In this document: positions 1 through 13,280 of the stretch, piece after piece | How positions within the stretch are numbered: the first letter of the stretch is position 1 | Layout of the letters: the number at the start of each line of letters is the position of its first letter | NCBI GenBank assembly: GCA_044225365.1 | Contig: JBGAIQ010000001.1 | Location: forward strand, 224,001-288,000 | From: Planctomycetota bacterium | Lineage (GTDB): Bacteria; Planctomycetota; B15-G4; JADJEK01 | DNA: 64,000 nt | Reading direction: 5' to 3' | The notes under the pieces: generated by a model | The model's database searches: none | Told to the model about the DNA's origin: nothing | Seen by the model: only the letters and a program-made list of their open reading frames with translations | Program-made: the position numbers and the translations under genes

Positions 1-246
1 CGAAGTCGGGGCTTCGCGGGTCGGATTCGCTGCTGCCGGTCGGAGTGAGGGAGCGCGCGAAGCCGGAGGTTTCGTCTGCGGACGCGGGCTCGGTGTGCGT
101 GGCGGGTCCACCTTGGCCGGCGCGATCTCGGCGCCCACGGAGACGACTCCGCCGCACTTCTTGCACTTCGCCTTGTCGCCGTGGAACGTTCCCGGCACCT
201 TGAAGCGCGTGCGGCACCTTGCGCACACGCCGATCCGCTCGGCCAT
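1..246 (-). CDS. Zinc-ribbon (CxxC...CxxC) protein with Pro-rich linker, 5' part only (runs off the window)
   Basis: Not in the ORF track. ATG at 246 with GGAG upstream translates to MAERIGVCARCRTRFKVPGTFHGDKAKCKKCGGVV..., open to position 1. Confidence 0.8.
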   Translation of the reverse strand, partial: MAERIGVCARCRTRFKVPGTFHGDKAKCKKCGGVVSVGAEIAPAKVDPPRTPSPRPQTKPPASRAPSLRPAAANPTREAPTS

Positions 247-445
247 CCGCTGTCTCCAGTCGGGTCCCGCGCGGAACCCCCGCGATCATCGAGACCACGA
301 ACGATCCTACCACCTGCGCGCCGAAGAGGAGCGTGAGTGCCGAGCGCCCTGGCAGCATTGTCGCCGTCGTCCTTTCGCAACGAGGATCGCTCGGTTAGCG
401 TCGTGCGTGGCGCCCTAGTCGTTTCGAGCGAGCACCGATCGAGCC

Positions 446-2515
446 ATGTCCGAGAAACGCATCGACAAGACGGAACGCGGAATGTGGCCCCCACGCATCG
501 AAGGCGTGGAGCGCACACGAGGTCGCTTCGAACTCGTGTCGCCCTTCAAACCGATGGGCGATCAACCGGCGGCGATCGATGGCCTCGTCTCGGGACTCGA
601 GAGCGGGAAGAAGGAACAGGTCCTTCTCGGCGTCACGGGCAGCGGCAAGACGTTCACGATCGCCAACGTGGTCGCTCGTTGGAACCGTCCGACGCTCGTT
701 CTCGCCCACAACAAGATCCTCGCGGCGCAGCTCTATTCCGAGTTCCGTGAGCTCTTCCCGCACAACTCCGTCGAGTACTTCGTCAGTTACTACGACTACT
801 TCCAGCCCGAGGCGTACATCCCGCGAACCGACACCTACATCGAGAAGGACTCGGCGATCAACGAGCGGATCGAACGCCTGCGCAACGCTGCGACCGCGGC
901 CCTGCTGTCGCGCAACGACGTGCTGATCGTCGCGTCGGTTTCGTGCATCTATGGCCTCGGCTCGCCGCAGGCCTACGCCGACATGTCCGTGCCGCTGAAA
1001 GTCGGGGCCCGCGTCGAACGCGACGAACTCCTGCGCGGTCTCGCCACGATCCAGTACCAACGCAACAACCTCGACTTCAAGTCGGGAACGTTCCGCGTAC
1101 GCGGCGACGTCGTCGAAGTATTCCCCGCGTATCGCGACGACCGCGTCATTCGCATCGAGATGTTCGACGACGAGATCGAACGTATCGGTGAGGTCGACTC
1201 GCTCACCGGCGAGTTGTACGCCGACCATCAGGAGCTGACGATCTTCCCCGCGAGTCACTACATCCAACCGAAGGAGCGCGTCGCGCGTGCGATCGACGCG
1301 ATCCGAGTGGAACTCGACATTCGCCTGCTCGAACTGCGCCGAGCGGACAAACTCCTCGAAGCCCAGCGCCTCGAGCAGCGCACGCGGTACGACCTCGAGA
1401 TCCTCGCTGCGACGGGCACGTGCTCCGGCATCGAGAACTACTCGCGGCATCTCGACGGCCGCAAACCGGGAGAAGCGCCTGCGACACTGATCAACTACTT
1501 CCCGAAGGACTTCCTGCTCGTCGTCGACGAGAGCCATCAGATGATGCCGCAGATCGGTGCGATGTATCGCGGCGATCGCGCGCGCAAGACGACGCTCGTC
1601 GAGTACGGCTTTCGATTGCCTTCGGCTCTCGACAACCGGCCGCTGCAGTTCGAGGAGTACGAGAAGCTCGTCGAGACCGTGATCTACGTCTCCGCGACGC
1701 CTGCGAAGTTCGAGCTCGACAGAGCCGGAGGAACGTACTGCGAGCAGATCATCCGCCCGACGGGGCTCGTCGATCCGGAGATCGAAGTGAGACCCGCGCG
1801 CGGTCAGGTCGACGATCTGCTCGGTGAAGTGAAGAAGGAGATCGCGGAGAAGCGACGGATCCTCGTCACGACGCTGACGAAGCGGATGGCCGAGGAGCTC
1901 ACCGACTACTTCGTCGAGTGCGGGTTGCGCGTCAAGTACATGCATTCCGACATCGACACGATCGAACGTACCGAGATCGTTCGCGACTTTCGCAAGGGCC
2001 TGTTCGACATCCTCGTCGGCATCAATCTCCTCCGCGAGGGGCTCGACATCCCGGAGGTCGCGCTCGTCGCCGTCCTCGACGCCGATCGCGAGGGATTCCT
2101 GCGATCGTCGACATCGCTGATCCAGACCTGCGGTCGCGCAGCACGAAACGTCCATGGTCGCGTGATCCTCTACGCCGACAAGATCACCGATTCGATGGAG
2201 CGCGCGATGAGCGAGATGAGCCGTCGGCGTGAGAAGCAGCGGGCGTACAACAAGGAACACGGAATCACGCCGCGTTCGATCGAGAAGAAGATCCGCGACA
2301 TCCTCGACACGATCTACGAGAAGGACTACGTCCAACTCGCCTACCCGTCGCTCGTCGGCGAGGGAGATGTGATGCGGCCGGAAGCCGTGCGCAAGGAGAT
2401 CGACACGCTGACGAAGCAGATGCGCGCCCTCGCGATGGATCTGAAGTTCGAGGAAGCCGCGCGCGTGCGGGATCGGATCCGCGAGTACGAGGAGATCGAG
2501 TTGAAGTTGCGTTGA
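446..2515 (+). CDS. uvrB: Excinuclease ABC subunit B
   Basis: GVTGSGKT Walker [30 protein letters not shown]-terminal UVR motif FEEAARVRD. Confidence 0.98.
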   Translation: MSEKRIDKTERGMWPPRIEGVERTRGRFELVSPFKPMGDQPAAIDGLVSGLESGKKEQVLLGVTGSGKTFTIANVVARWNRPTLVLAHNKILAAQLYSEFRELFPHNSVEYFVSYYDYFQPEAYIPRTDTYIEKDSAINERIERLRNAATAALLSRNDVLIVASVSCIYGLGSPQAYADMSVPLKVGARVERDELLRGLATIQYQRNNLDFKSGTFRVRGDVVEVFPAYRDDRVIRIEMFDDEIERIGEVDSLTGELYADHQELTIFPASHYIQPKERVARAIDAIRVELDIRLLELRRADKLLEAQRLEQRTRYDLEILAATGTCSGIENYSRHLDGRKPGEAPATLINYFPKDFLLVVDESHQMMPQIGAMYRGDRARKTTLVEYGFRLPSALDNRPLQFEEYEKLVETVIYVSATPAKFELDRAGGTYCEQIIRPTGLVDPEIEVRPARGQVDDLLGEVKKEIAEKRRILVTTLTKRMAEELTDYFVECGLRVKYMHSDIDTIERTEIVRDFRKGLFDILVGINLLREGLDIPEVALVAVLDADREGFLRSSTSLIQTCGRAARNVHGRVILYADKITDSMERAMSEMSRRREKQRAYNKEHGITPRSIEKKIRDILDTIYEKDYVQLAYPSLVGEGDVMRPEAVRKEIDTLTKQMRALAMDLKFEEAARVRDRIREYEEIELKLR

Positions 2516-2602
2516 ACGGGCCGGCAGACCACGGCGACTCGAAGATCGGGGGCGATCCCTGCCACGATCCAACATCGCTGCGCGCAGGCTCGTAGATTCC
2601 GC

Positions 2603-3763
2603 ATGAACCCAGCGGGATCGCGCATCGGCCGTCTCGTGGCCTCCATCCCTTTCACGCTCTCGATCGCGTTGCCGCGGATCGAGCAGGGATCCACGCCATC
2701 GACTTCGAGTTTTCGCGGTCTCGGCGATTTGCCGGGTGGAGAGATCTTCAGCGAAGTGTCGGGGATCTCCGCGGATGGCTCGACCGTCGTCGGTTGGAGT
2801 GCATCGAAGGACGCGCCGCCGGGCGATCGACAGGCGTACGCCTGGAACGAGAAGGACGGAATGGTGCCGCTTCCGGGGCCCGAAGCCGAAGCAAGGGTTG
2901 CGATGCCTCTCCACGGGAACGCCGGGGCGGCGACTCGCGACGGACGGATCGTCGTCGGGGATTCGAGGGGCAGGACGGGCCCTGAAGCCGTGTTCTGGGA
3001 TGCCGATCGCAAGCGTCACGCGTTGCCCGATCTCGGGGGCGACGGGAGGTTCAGCACGGCGCGTGGCATCTCGGACGACGGCCACTTCATCGTCGGATGC
3101 GGGAGTTCGCCGCGCGGATTCGAAGCGTTTCTCTGGCAGGAGGGCAAAGGCATCACGCCGCTCGGTGACGCGCCGGGAGGCGCGTTCAACAGTTCCGCGC
3201 AGACCGTCGACCACGAGGGAACCGTGATCTTCGGATCGGCGAGCGTCGAGCACGGCGTGAACGCGTTTCGCTGGACGCACGATGGCGGAATGGACGTGCT
3301 GGGTGATCTACCGGGCGGAGGCGACTTCTCCGAGCCCTACGCTGCGACTCCGGATGGCCGAGTCGTCGTCGGACGTGCGCAGTCGGCGAAGAGCGGCAGC
3401 GAGCGCTTCGAGGGGTTTCGCTGGAGTTTCGATCGGGCGGGGAATGGACTCGAGGCGCTCGGCGATCTCGATGGTGGAGAATTCGAGAGCTGGGCGCTCG
3501 GCGTGAGCGGCGACGGGAAGATCGTCGTCGGTTTCGGTACGACGTCGCGTGGGCAGGAGGCGGCGATCTGGACACCGGAAGCGGGCATTCAGCGTCTCGC
3601 CGATCGGATCATGCAGGATCCCGGGGCGAGCCTGAAGGGTTGGACCCTCACCTGCGCCGCAGCGATCAGCGAGGACGGACTCACGATCGCCGGACACGGT
3701 CGCGATCCGGACGGCAATACACAGGCTTGGATCTGGAGGTCGCCCTCGCCCTCGCTGAAGTGA
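2603..3763 (+). CDS. Secreted HAF-type extracellular repeat protein
   Basis: N-terminal hydrophobic stretch; about 7 repeats of LGDLPGG...S.A..IS.DG..VVG...AF.W. Confidence 0.8.
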   Translation: MNPAGSRIGRLVASIPFTLSIALPRIEQGSTPSTSSFRGLGDLPGGEIFSEVSGISADGSTVVGWSASKDAPPGDRQAYAWNEKDGMVPLPGPEAEARVAMPLHGNAGAATRDGRIVVGDSRGRTGPEAVFWDADRKRHALPDLGGDGRFSTARGISDDGHFIVGCGSSPRGFEAFLWQEGKGITPLGDAPGGAFNSSAQTVDHEGTVIFGSASVEHGVNAFRWTHDGGMDVLGDLPGGGDFSEPYAATPDGRVVVGRAQSAKSGSERFEGFRWSFDRAGNGLEALGDLDGGEFESWALGVSGDGKIVVGFGTTSRGQEAAIWTPEAGIQRLADRIMQDPGASLKGWTLTCAAAISEDGLTIAGHGRDPDGNTQAWIWRSPSPSLK

Positions 3764-3872
3764 CCTCGTCGAAGAGCGGCGGTCGGGCTCCGCGACCGCT
3801 CGACCCGCGATCCGTGAGGAACGATGCAGGCCCAGGTCGCCCGCCGGGAGCCTCGGCGCTATCCTCGATTCC

Positions 3873-5717
3873 GTGAACCCGAATCTCGAACGCAAGCTCG
3901 ACTCGCTCCCGACCGACCCCGGCGTCTACCTGTTTCGCGATTCCGAAGGCGCGCTCCTCTACGTCGGCAAGGCGCGCTCGCTTCGATCTCGTGTACGCAG
4001 CTACTTCCAGCCCGGCCGCGACGACGTTCGTCTCGCGACCTTCTTCATCGATCGTCACGTCACCGATCTCGAGTTCATCGTGACTCGCAGCGAGAAGGAA
4101 GCGCTGCTGCTCGAGAACAACCTGATCAAGAAGATGAAGCCGCGCTACAACCTGCGGCTGCGGGACGACAAGAACTTCCTGTCGATCCGAATCGATCCAC
4201 GCGATCCGTTCCCTCGGATCATCCCGACGCGGAGGATCAAGAAGGACGGTGCGCATTACTTCGGGCCGTACGCCAACGCCGGAGCCTTGCGCAAGACGCT
4301 TCGATTCCTGCGTGCGTACGTGCCGCTGCGCGACTGCAAGGACAGCGACTTCAAGACGCGCACCCGTCCCTGTCTCGAACACGAGATCGGTCGCTGCTCG
4401 GCACCCTGCGTCGGTCTCATCGACGAAGCGGGGTATCGCGAACACGTGGCGCGCGCGCTCGCGATCCTGCGCGGCGATTCGGCCGAACTCGTGAAGACGC
4501 TTCGCAGCGAGATGGACGCCGCGTCGGAAGCGATGCAGTTCGAGCGTGCCGCGCAGCTACGCGACTGGTTGCAGAGTCTCGCCCAGTCGCTCGAACGCCA
4601 GGACGTCGAGATGGTCGAGGCGTTCGACGCCGATGTCGTCGGAATGCATCGGGAGGGCGCGCTCGCCGAGATCGTCGTCCTCTTCGTTCGCCAAGGCAAG
4701 ATCGTCTCGAGCGCCGCATTCACCCTCGAACACGCGCCGCCCGACGACGAATTGCTCTCGGAGTTCCTGCCGCAGTTCTACGGCACGGGCCGTCCCGTTC
4801 CGCCGGAGGTTCTCTGTCCCGCAGAGCCGTACGGACGATCCACGTTGGAGGAATGGCTCTCCGAGAAGCGGGAAGGCAAGTGTTTCGTGCGCGTGCCGCA
4901 ACGAGGACCGAAGCAACGATTGCTCGCGCTCGCAGCGGACAACGCCCGCCTCACGCTCTTCGCATCGAACGACAAGCAGCGCCGGAACGCGGAACTCCTC
5001 GAACGGATCGCCCGGCGCTTCTCGCTCGCTCGTGCTCCACAGTACATCGAGTGCTTCGACGTCTCGACCACGATGGGCAAGGACACGGTCGCGTCGTGCG
5101 TCGCGTTCAAGGGTGGCGAGCCGTGGAAGTCGGGGTACCGTCGCTTCCTCATCAAGGACGCGGATCCGCAAGACGAGTACGCTTCGATGCGCGAGGCGCT
5201 CAAGCGGCATTTCACTCGCGCGCGCGACGAGCACTCGCTCCCCGATCTTCTCGTGGTCGATGGCGGAAAGGGCCAATGGAGCACCGCACGAGCGCTCCTC
5301 GATGAACTGGGAATCACGAGCGTCGATCTGCTCTCCCTGGCCAAGGGCGATCGGCGTGGCCGTGGACTGCTGCTCGAAGTGGGTGAGCAGGAGCGGATCT
5401 TCACCCGCGGCGAGGGCGACGGAATCGTGCTGTCTCCGCAAGATCAGGACACGCTCCTCCTCCAGCGCATTCGGGACGAAGCCCACCGCTTCGCGATCGA
5501 GTACCACAGGAAACGCCGCGCCAGGTCGTCGCTCCGCTCGGAGCTCGACGGCATCCCACAGATCGGTCCTCGCCGCCGCCGGCTCCTCCTCGAACGGTTT
5601 GGAACGGTGGAGAAACTGCGAACGGCGAGCGTGGACGAGATCGCCGCCGTGCCCGGGATCGGTGATGCCGCGGCGCAGGCGATCGTGCTCCACTGGAAGC
5701 GCTCGAGCGATCGATGA
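3873..5717 (+). CDS. uvrC: Excinuclease ABC subunit C
   Basis: GIY-YIG (PGVY...YVGKA), Cys cluster, UVR motif FERAAQLRD, IECFDVS, DGGKGQ, RDEAHRFA, HhH tail. Confidence 0.98.
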   Translation: MNPNLERKLDSLPTDPGVYLFRDSEGALLYVGKARSLRSRVRSYFQPGRDDVRLATFFIDRHVTDLEFIVTRSEKEALLLENNLIKKMKPRYNLRLRDDKNFLSIRIDPRDPFPRIIPTRRIKKDGAHYFGPYANAGALRKTLRFLRAYVPLRDCKDSDFKTRTRPCLEHEIGRCSAPCVGLIDEAGYREHVARALAILRGDSAELVKTLRSEMDAASEAMQFERAAQLRDWLQSLAQSLERQDVEMVEAFDADVVGMHREGALAEIVVLFVRQGKIVSSAAFTLEHAPPDDELLSEFLPQFYGTGRPVPPEVLCPAEPYGRSTLEEWLSEKREGKCFVRVPQRGPKQRLLALAADNARLTLFASNDKQRRNAELLERIARRFSLARAPQYIECFDVSTTMGKDTVASCVAFKGGEPWKSGYRRFLIKDADPQDEYASMREALKRHFTRARDEHSLPDLLVVDGGKGQWSTARALLDELGITSVDLLSLAKGDRRGRGLLLEVGEQERIFTRGEGDGIVLSPQDQDTLLLQRIRDEAHRFAIEYHRKRRARSSLRSELDGIPQIGPRRRRLLLERFGTVEKLRTASVDEIAAVPGIGDAAAQAIVLHWKRSSDR

Positions 5718-5805
5718 ACCGCGATTTCGTGCGAGAATTCCTCAAAGCCGCCGCGCTCGCCTCGGAATGGGGAGCTGTGGCTCTCGTTCGATCCAGGAGG
5801 ATCTC

Positions 5806-6372
5806 ATGCCCGACCCGATGCAAGGCCGACTCACGCAACTCGCGAACATCGAGAAGAAGACCGGCAGATCGCTGAAGGAGCTGACGACGATCGTCGCTCG
5901 CAGCGGACTTCAGAAACACGGTGAGATCCGTGACTGGTTGAAGAAGGAACTCGGGCTCGGTCACGGCGATGCGAATTCGCTCGCACTCTACGCGAGGGAA
6001 TCCGCGGCGGGCGGCGGTGCACCGGAATCGACGGAATCGCTCGTCGATGGCTACTACTCGGGAGCGAAGGCCGCCCTGCGCCCGATCCACGACAAGGTGA
6101 TGGCGGCGATCGCCAAGTTCGGCGAGTTCGAGATCGCGCCGAAGAAGACCTACTTGAGCCTTCGCCGCAAGAAGCAGTTCGCGATGGTGGGCCCGGCAAC
6201 GAACACTCGCGTCGAGATCGGGTTGAACATGCAGGGCGTTCCGCCGACCGATCGCCTCGTCGCGGTTCCGCAGCCCGCGATGTGCAAGTACAAGGTGAAG
6301 CTGACGAGCGCGTCCGAGGTCGACTCCGAACTCATCGGCTGGATCCGTCGCGCCTTCGACTCCTCGAACTGA
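5806..6372 (+). CDS. DUF4287/DUF5655-like protein
   Basis: True start MPDPMQ after AGGAGG (5795-5800); NIEKKTGRS...WLKKELGLGHGDAN and PKKTYLSLRRKKQFA motifs. Confidence 0.75.
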   Translation: MPDPMQGRLTQLANIEKKTGRSLKELTTIVARSGLQKHGEIRDWLKKELGLGHGDANSLALYARESAAGGGAPESTESLVDGYYSGAKAALRPIHDKVMAAIAKFGEFEIAPKKTYLSLRRKKQFAMVGPATNTRVEIGLNMQGVPPTDRLVAVPQPAMCKYKVKLTSASEVDSELIGWIRRAFDSSN

Positions 6373-6379
6373 CTCACCC

Positions 6380-7282
6380 TCACGCGCGCGGGTGGAACTC
6401 CCGATGCGCCTCGAGCAAGCGTTGCTTGTCGACGAGCGTGTAGCGCTCCGTCGTGGCGATGCTCGCGTGGCCGAGCAACTCCTGCACGACTCGCAGGTCG
6501 GCGCCGTTCTCGAGGAGATGGATCGCGAACGAATGGCGGAGCACGTGCGGCGAGATGCCGCGCGTCGGTAGTCCCGCGCGGGTGGCGGCGGATTTCACGA
6601 TCGCCCAGATGCGGACGCGATCGAGCGGTTGTCCGGACCGCGTGAGGAAGAGAGCGGCGGTGGGATGCTCCGGTGTGGAGAGCGTGGGTCGGCCTGCCTT
6701 CAGGTAGGTGGCGACGGCATCGCACGCGCGTTCCCCGAGCGGAACGAGACGTTCTTTGTTTCCCTTGCCGAGACAGCGCACGTAGTTCTCGTCGAGGTTT
6801 ACGCGCTCGAGCGTCAGGGAGCAGAGCTCCGAGACGCGGCAACCCGTCGCATAGAGCAGCTCGAGGATCGCGCGGTCGCGATGGCCGAGGGCGTCCTGCG
6901 CCGGCGGCACGTCGAGCAGCGCCGTGATCGCGGAGGGATTGAGGCTCTTCGGCAGGCGCGCCCAGAGCTTGGGTCCGACGGCGGATGGTCGGACATCGCG
7001 CGTGATCCTCCGCGTCTCGAGGAGGTAGCGATAGAACACTCGAACGGCCGCAAGTCGACGTGCGAGCGTTGCTTCGCTCGCCCCTGACGAGAGCTCGCTG
7101 GAAAGGAACTCGAGGAGGGTCGAGGCGTCGTCGACCTCCTCGAAGCGCTGCCCGCGTTCGGCGAGATAAGATCCAAGTCGTTCTAGGTCACGGCGATACG
7201 CCGTTACCGTGGCGCTCGAGAGCCCAGCTTCGGCCGCGAGGTAGAGGCAGAACGCGCGTACGGGATCGGTACGGGGCGACAT
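6380..7282 (-). CDS. xerD: Site-specific tyrosine recombinase, XerD-like
   Basis: Start trimmed to MSPRTD (300 aa); ELLYATGCRVSEL, GKGNKER, HVLRHSFA, VQELLGH, ERYT. Confidence 0.85.
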   Translation of the reverse strand: MSPRTDPVRAFCLYLAAEAGLSSATVTAYRRDLERLGSYLAERGQRFEEVDDASTLLEFLSSELSSGASEATLARRLAAVRVFYRYLLETRRITRDVRPSAVGPKLWARLPKSLNPSAITALLDVPPAQDALGHRDRAILELLYATGCRVSELCSLTLERVNLDENYVRCLGKGNKERLVPLGERACDAVATYLKAGRPTLSTPEHPTAALFLTRSGQPLDRVRIWAIVKSAATRAGLPTRGISPHVLRHSFAIHLLENGADLRVVQELLGHASIATTERYTLVDKQRLLEAHREFHPRA

Positions 7283-7457
7283 TCGTTTCGGGGTCCTTCT
7301 TGAACTCGACCTTCCGCAATATATAGTTCGCCGCGTCGCAGGACCGACATTGGCCTCCGAGCCGTTCGAATCCGACGGGTAGCGGACGAGTCCGTGACAC
7401 CGTGCTTCGAGTGAGCCCGGACGGAGGTGGGTTCGAGTCAGAGCAGGAAGTCCGATC

Positions 7458-8402
7458 ATGCGGAAGACGAAGGCTCGGCGGACAACTTCGACCGGTAAGG
7501 CAAGCGCCGGCGGCAAGCCCGCGCGCAAGGTTAGCGCACCGAAGCCCAAATCGGCCTCGGCGTCGCGCACGAAACCTCCGGCGAAGGTCGTCCCCCCGAA
7601 ATCCGCCAAGAAGACCACTCCTCCGCCGCGCGCCGCCCACGAATCGAAATCCCCGCCGAAGCCAAAGGTGGAAGCTCCCATCGCGAAGGCAAAATCCCCG
7701 AAGGACCTACGCGTACCGGGAAAAGCTGAGTCGAAGGGCGGAAACCTTCCGGGCGTTCGTGCGGGTCGCGGCGGCAAGGGCGTGACGAATCCGATCGGAC
7801 CGCCGCCCGGTAAACCGATCGTCGCGCAGCCGAAGGACGGAAAACCCGTTCGGCGAGTCCTGATCCAGACCGGCAAGCCGATTGCGGGTCATCCGTCGAT
7901 CGCGATGAATCGTGATCCGAAACGGAACGCGCTCGCCGCTCGACTCCCGTCTCCGCTCCTCCCGCGTCGCGAAGTTCCGCCCTCGCTGAAAATTGCTCCG
8001 AAGGCGCCCGAACCGAAAAGCAATCAGGTCATGAGTCGCAAGACCAGTTTCAAGAAGGCGGATCTCCAACGCTACCAGCAGTTGCTCCTCGACAAGCGCG
8101 AGTCGCTGGTGGGGGACGTGAGAAGCATGGAGTCTCAGGCGTTTCGCCAGAGCGGGACGGAGTCGAGTCCGAATCACATGGCCGACTACGGCTCGGACAC
8201 GTTCGAACAGGACTTCACTCTCGGACTCATCGAATCCGACGAGAAGGTGATCAACGAGATCAACAAGGCGCTCGAGCGCATCACGAATCAGACCTATGGA
8301 GTCTGCGAGACCTGCGCGATCGACATCCCGGTCGCGCGCCTCGACGTGCTCCCGTGGGCTGCGCTCTGCGTGAAGTGTCAGGCGCAGGCCGAGCGCTTCT
8401 GA
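7458..8402 (+). CDS. TraR/DksA C4 zinc-finger protein with a long Lys/Pro-rich N-terminal extension
   Basis: C-terminal NHMADYGSD coiled-coil tip, ALERI...TYGVCETC...RL..LPW..LCVKC; N-terminal ~190 aa are K/P/A/S-rich. Confidence 0.88.
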   Translation: MRKTKARRTTSTGKASAGGKPARKVSAPKPKSASASRTKPPAKVVPPKSAKKTTPPPRAAHESKSPPKPKVEAPIAKAKSPKDLRVPGKAESKGGNLPGVRAGRGGKGVTNPIGPPPGKPIVAQPKDGKPVRRVLIQTGKPIAGHPSIAMNRDPKRNALAARLPSPLLPRREVPPSLKIAPKAPEPKSNQVMSRKTSFKKADLQRYQQLLLDKRESLVGDVRSMESQAFRQSGTESSPNHMADYGSDTFEQDFTLGLIESDEKVINEINKALERITNQTYGVCETCAIDIPVARLDVLPWAALCVKCQAQAERF

Positions 8403-8419
8403 ACGGGCGACGCGAACGG

Positions 8420-8938
8420 ATGTCGCTCGTACCGAAGCTGAAGTACTTCCTGCCGCTCGCCCTCGCGATCTTCGTCCTCGACCAATGGACGAAGGGTTGG
8501 ATCGAATCGTTCATCGCGTATCGATCCGCGCCACATCCCGTGTGGGGCACCGTCTTCCAACTCGCGAACGAGCGGAATCCCGGCGGGATGTGGAGCATCG
8601 GCACGCAGTGGCCGCATTGGATCCTGCTCACGGTGCGGATCGGAGCGGTCTTCGTCATCGCGTATCTGCTGGCGCAGACGCCGAATCGCGATCGGCTCAC
8701 GTTGATCGCCCTCGGACTCGTGATGGGCGGCGCCGCGGGGAACATCACGGACTCGATCCGCTTCGAATACGTGCGCGACTTCCTGCGCTTCGATTTCGGC
8801 ATTCCGGTCTTCCATCCGTTTCCGACCTTCAACGTCGCCGATAGTGCGATCTGCATCGGTGTCGGGTTGCTCGCGATCCAGATGTTGCGAGCGCCCCCCG
8901 AGGACGAGACCGGTGCGGTGACGGCGGGCGGCGACTGA
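8420..8938 (+). CDS. lspA: Lipoprotein signal peptidase II
   Basis: LDQWTK, NPGG, GAAGNITD, VRDFL, PTFNVAD; several TM segments. Confidence 0.93.
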   Translation: MSLVPKLKYFLPLALAIFVLDQWTKGWIESFIAYRSAPHPVWGTVFQLANERNPGGMWSIGTQWPHWILLTVRIGAVFVIAYLLAQTPNRDRLTLIALGLVMGGAAGNITDSIRFEYVRDFLRFDFGIPVFHPFPTFNVADSAICIGVGLLAIQMLRAPPEDETGAVTAGGD

Positions 8939-9076
8939 TCGCGATCGAAGTGAATCGCGGACAGAAAACGGCGGCAAGTCGGGTTGCTCTCGGACCTCGC
9001 GAGCGACCGACGATAATCAAGGGCTGGAGGATTCTCGTTCGGCAAGGCGCATTCCGCCCTGCTCGAACGGCACCGC

Positions 9077-9931
9077 ATGCGCCTCGAACGCATCACCGTT
9101 GGATCGCTGCGCCGCGCCCTCGAGCTCTACTTCGCGGAGAGCTATCGCGGGCAGGAGAAGCCGATTCCACAATTCGAGGGCGAGTCGGACACTCCGCTGT
9201 CCCACGTCCTCGAACGCTTCGTCGACGAGTCGGCGAAGAACGGCTGCGGCGCGCGCTGCTATTCGCTCCGCCTCGGCAACAGCCGCTACCCGTTCATGAA
9301 GCTGAAGCTGATCGAGTACCTCTATCGCGACGAGTTCTTCTTCATCGTCGACACGCACGATCAGATGTTCGCGGACCAGAACGATCCCGAACTGGCGCGG
9401 CTCAAGGCCTTCAACCGTGAACTGAAGAACAAGATCGAGGCCGCTTGGGAAGGCGCGGGGATCCCGACGACGGTGAACTGCAAAGGGATCTCCGAGTGCA
9501 CTCCGGTGCCTCAGGAGCCGAAGAAGGGGATACGGATCCTGGTGGCCGACGACGATCCTGCGATCCTCGACACGATCGCGTCGATGCTCCGAACGAAGGG
9601 CTACGACGTCGACATCGCGAACGATGGAGAAGAAGCGCTCGCGATGTTCGATCCGATGCGTCATTCTCTCGTACTGACCGACGTCGAAATGCCGCGGATG
9701 ACGGGAATCGAACTTCGCGATGCGCTCGCGAACGATCCCACGAGCGCCAAGATCCCCGTGTTGCTCGCGACGGCCGGCGCGGTTCCGCTCGCTGAGAAGG
9801 CCGCACCCGGCGGCTTCTTGGTGAAGCCGTTCCACGCGGATTCCCTCTTTCGCTTCCTCGAGAACCTACTCCGACCGACCTGTGCGACCGGTTCCAGCGC
9901 GAGTAGCGCGCCGCTCGGTGACCCGAGCTGA
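9077..9931 (+). CDS. Response regulator: unrecognised N-terminal domain plus C-terminal receiver
   Basis: REC motifs ILVADDD, LTDVEMPRMTG and FLVKPF in the last ~130 aa. Confidence 0.85.
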   Translation: MRLERITVGSLRRALELYFAESYRGQEKPIPQFEGESDTPLSHVLERFVDESAKNGCGARCYSLRLGNSRYPFMKLKLIEYLYRDEFFFIVDTHDQMFADQNDPELARLKAFNRELKNKIEAAWEGAGIPTTVNCKGISECTPVPQEPKKGIRILVADDDPAILDTIASMLRTKGYDVDIANDGEEALAMFDPMRHSLVLTDVEMPRMTGIELRDALANDPTSAKIPVLLATAGAVPLAEKAAPGGFLVKPFHADSLFRFLENLLRPTCATGSSASSAPLGDPS

Positions 9932-9932
9932 A

Positions 9933-9961
9933 TTGACAGTCACCGCGCCCGCCCTTAGTCT
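9933..9961 (+). promoter_or_regulatory. sigma70-type promoter for secA
   Basis: TTGACA (9933-38), 17-nt spacer, TAGTCT (9956-61). Confidence 0.65.
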
Positions 9962-10066
9962 CGCACGATTGCGAGCTTCACGAAGACTCGGGTCCCAGTG
10001 TCGCCCCCAGCTGACGGGGGGATGACTCCGCAAGCGGCATCGGATTCGCAACGCCGCGGTGCTTCC

Positions 10067-13210
<3,144 letters not shown>

Positions 13211-13211
13211 T

Positions 13212-13233
13212 CCGGCGCCGCGAACGGCGCCGG
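13212..13233 (+). terminator. GC-rich hairpin after secA (no U-tract)
   Basis: CCGGCGCCG-CGAA-CGGCGCCGG. Confidence 0.35.
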
Positions 13234-13280
13234 CCCGCGTTCATCGCGCGGGTCGTGCCGCGGGGAACGGATGGCCCGGA

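Noticed and set aside
395-3280. 961-aa minus-strand ORF
   Set aside because: Antisense shadow of uvrB and the HAF-repeat gene caused by high-GC codon bias; no protein motifs.
4546-5805. N-terminal 420 aa of the 608-aa ORF
   Set aside because: Off-frame overlap with uvrC; the real gene starts at 5806 after AGGAGG.
6380-7282. Tyrosine recombinase as a phage or island integrase
   Set aside because: Size and motifs fit housekeeping XerD; no att repeats, tRNA or cargo genes nearby.
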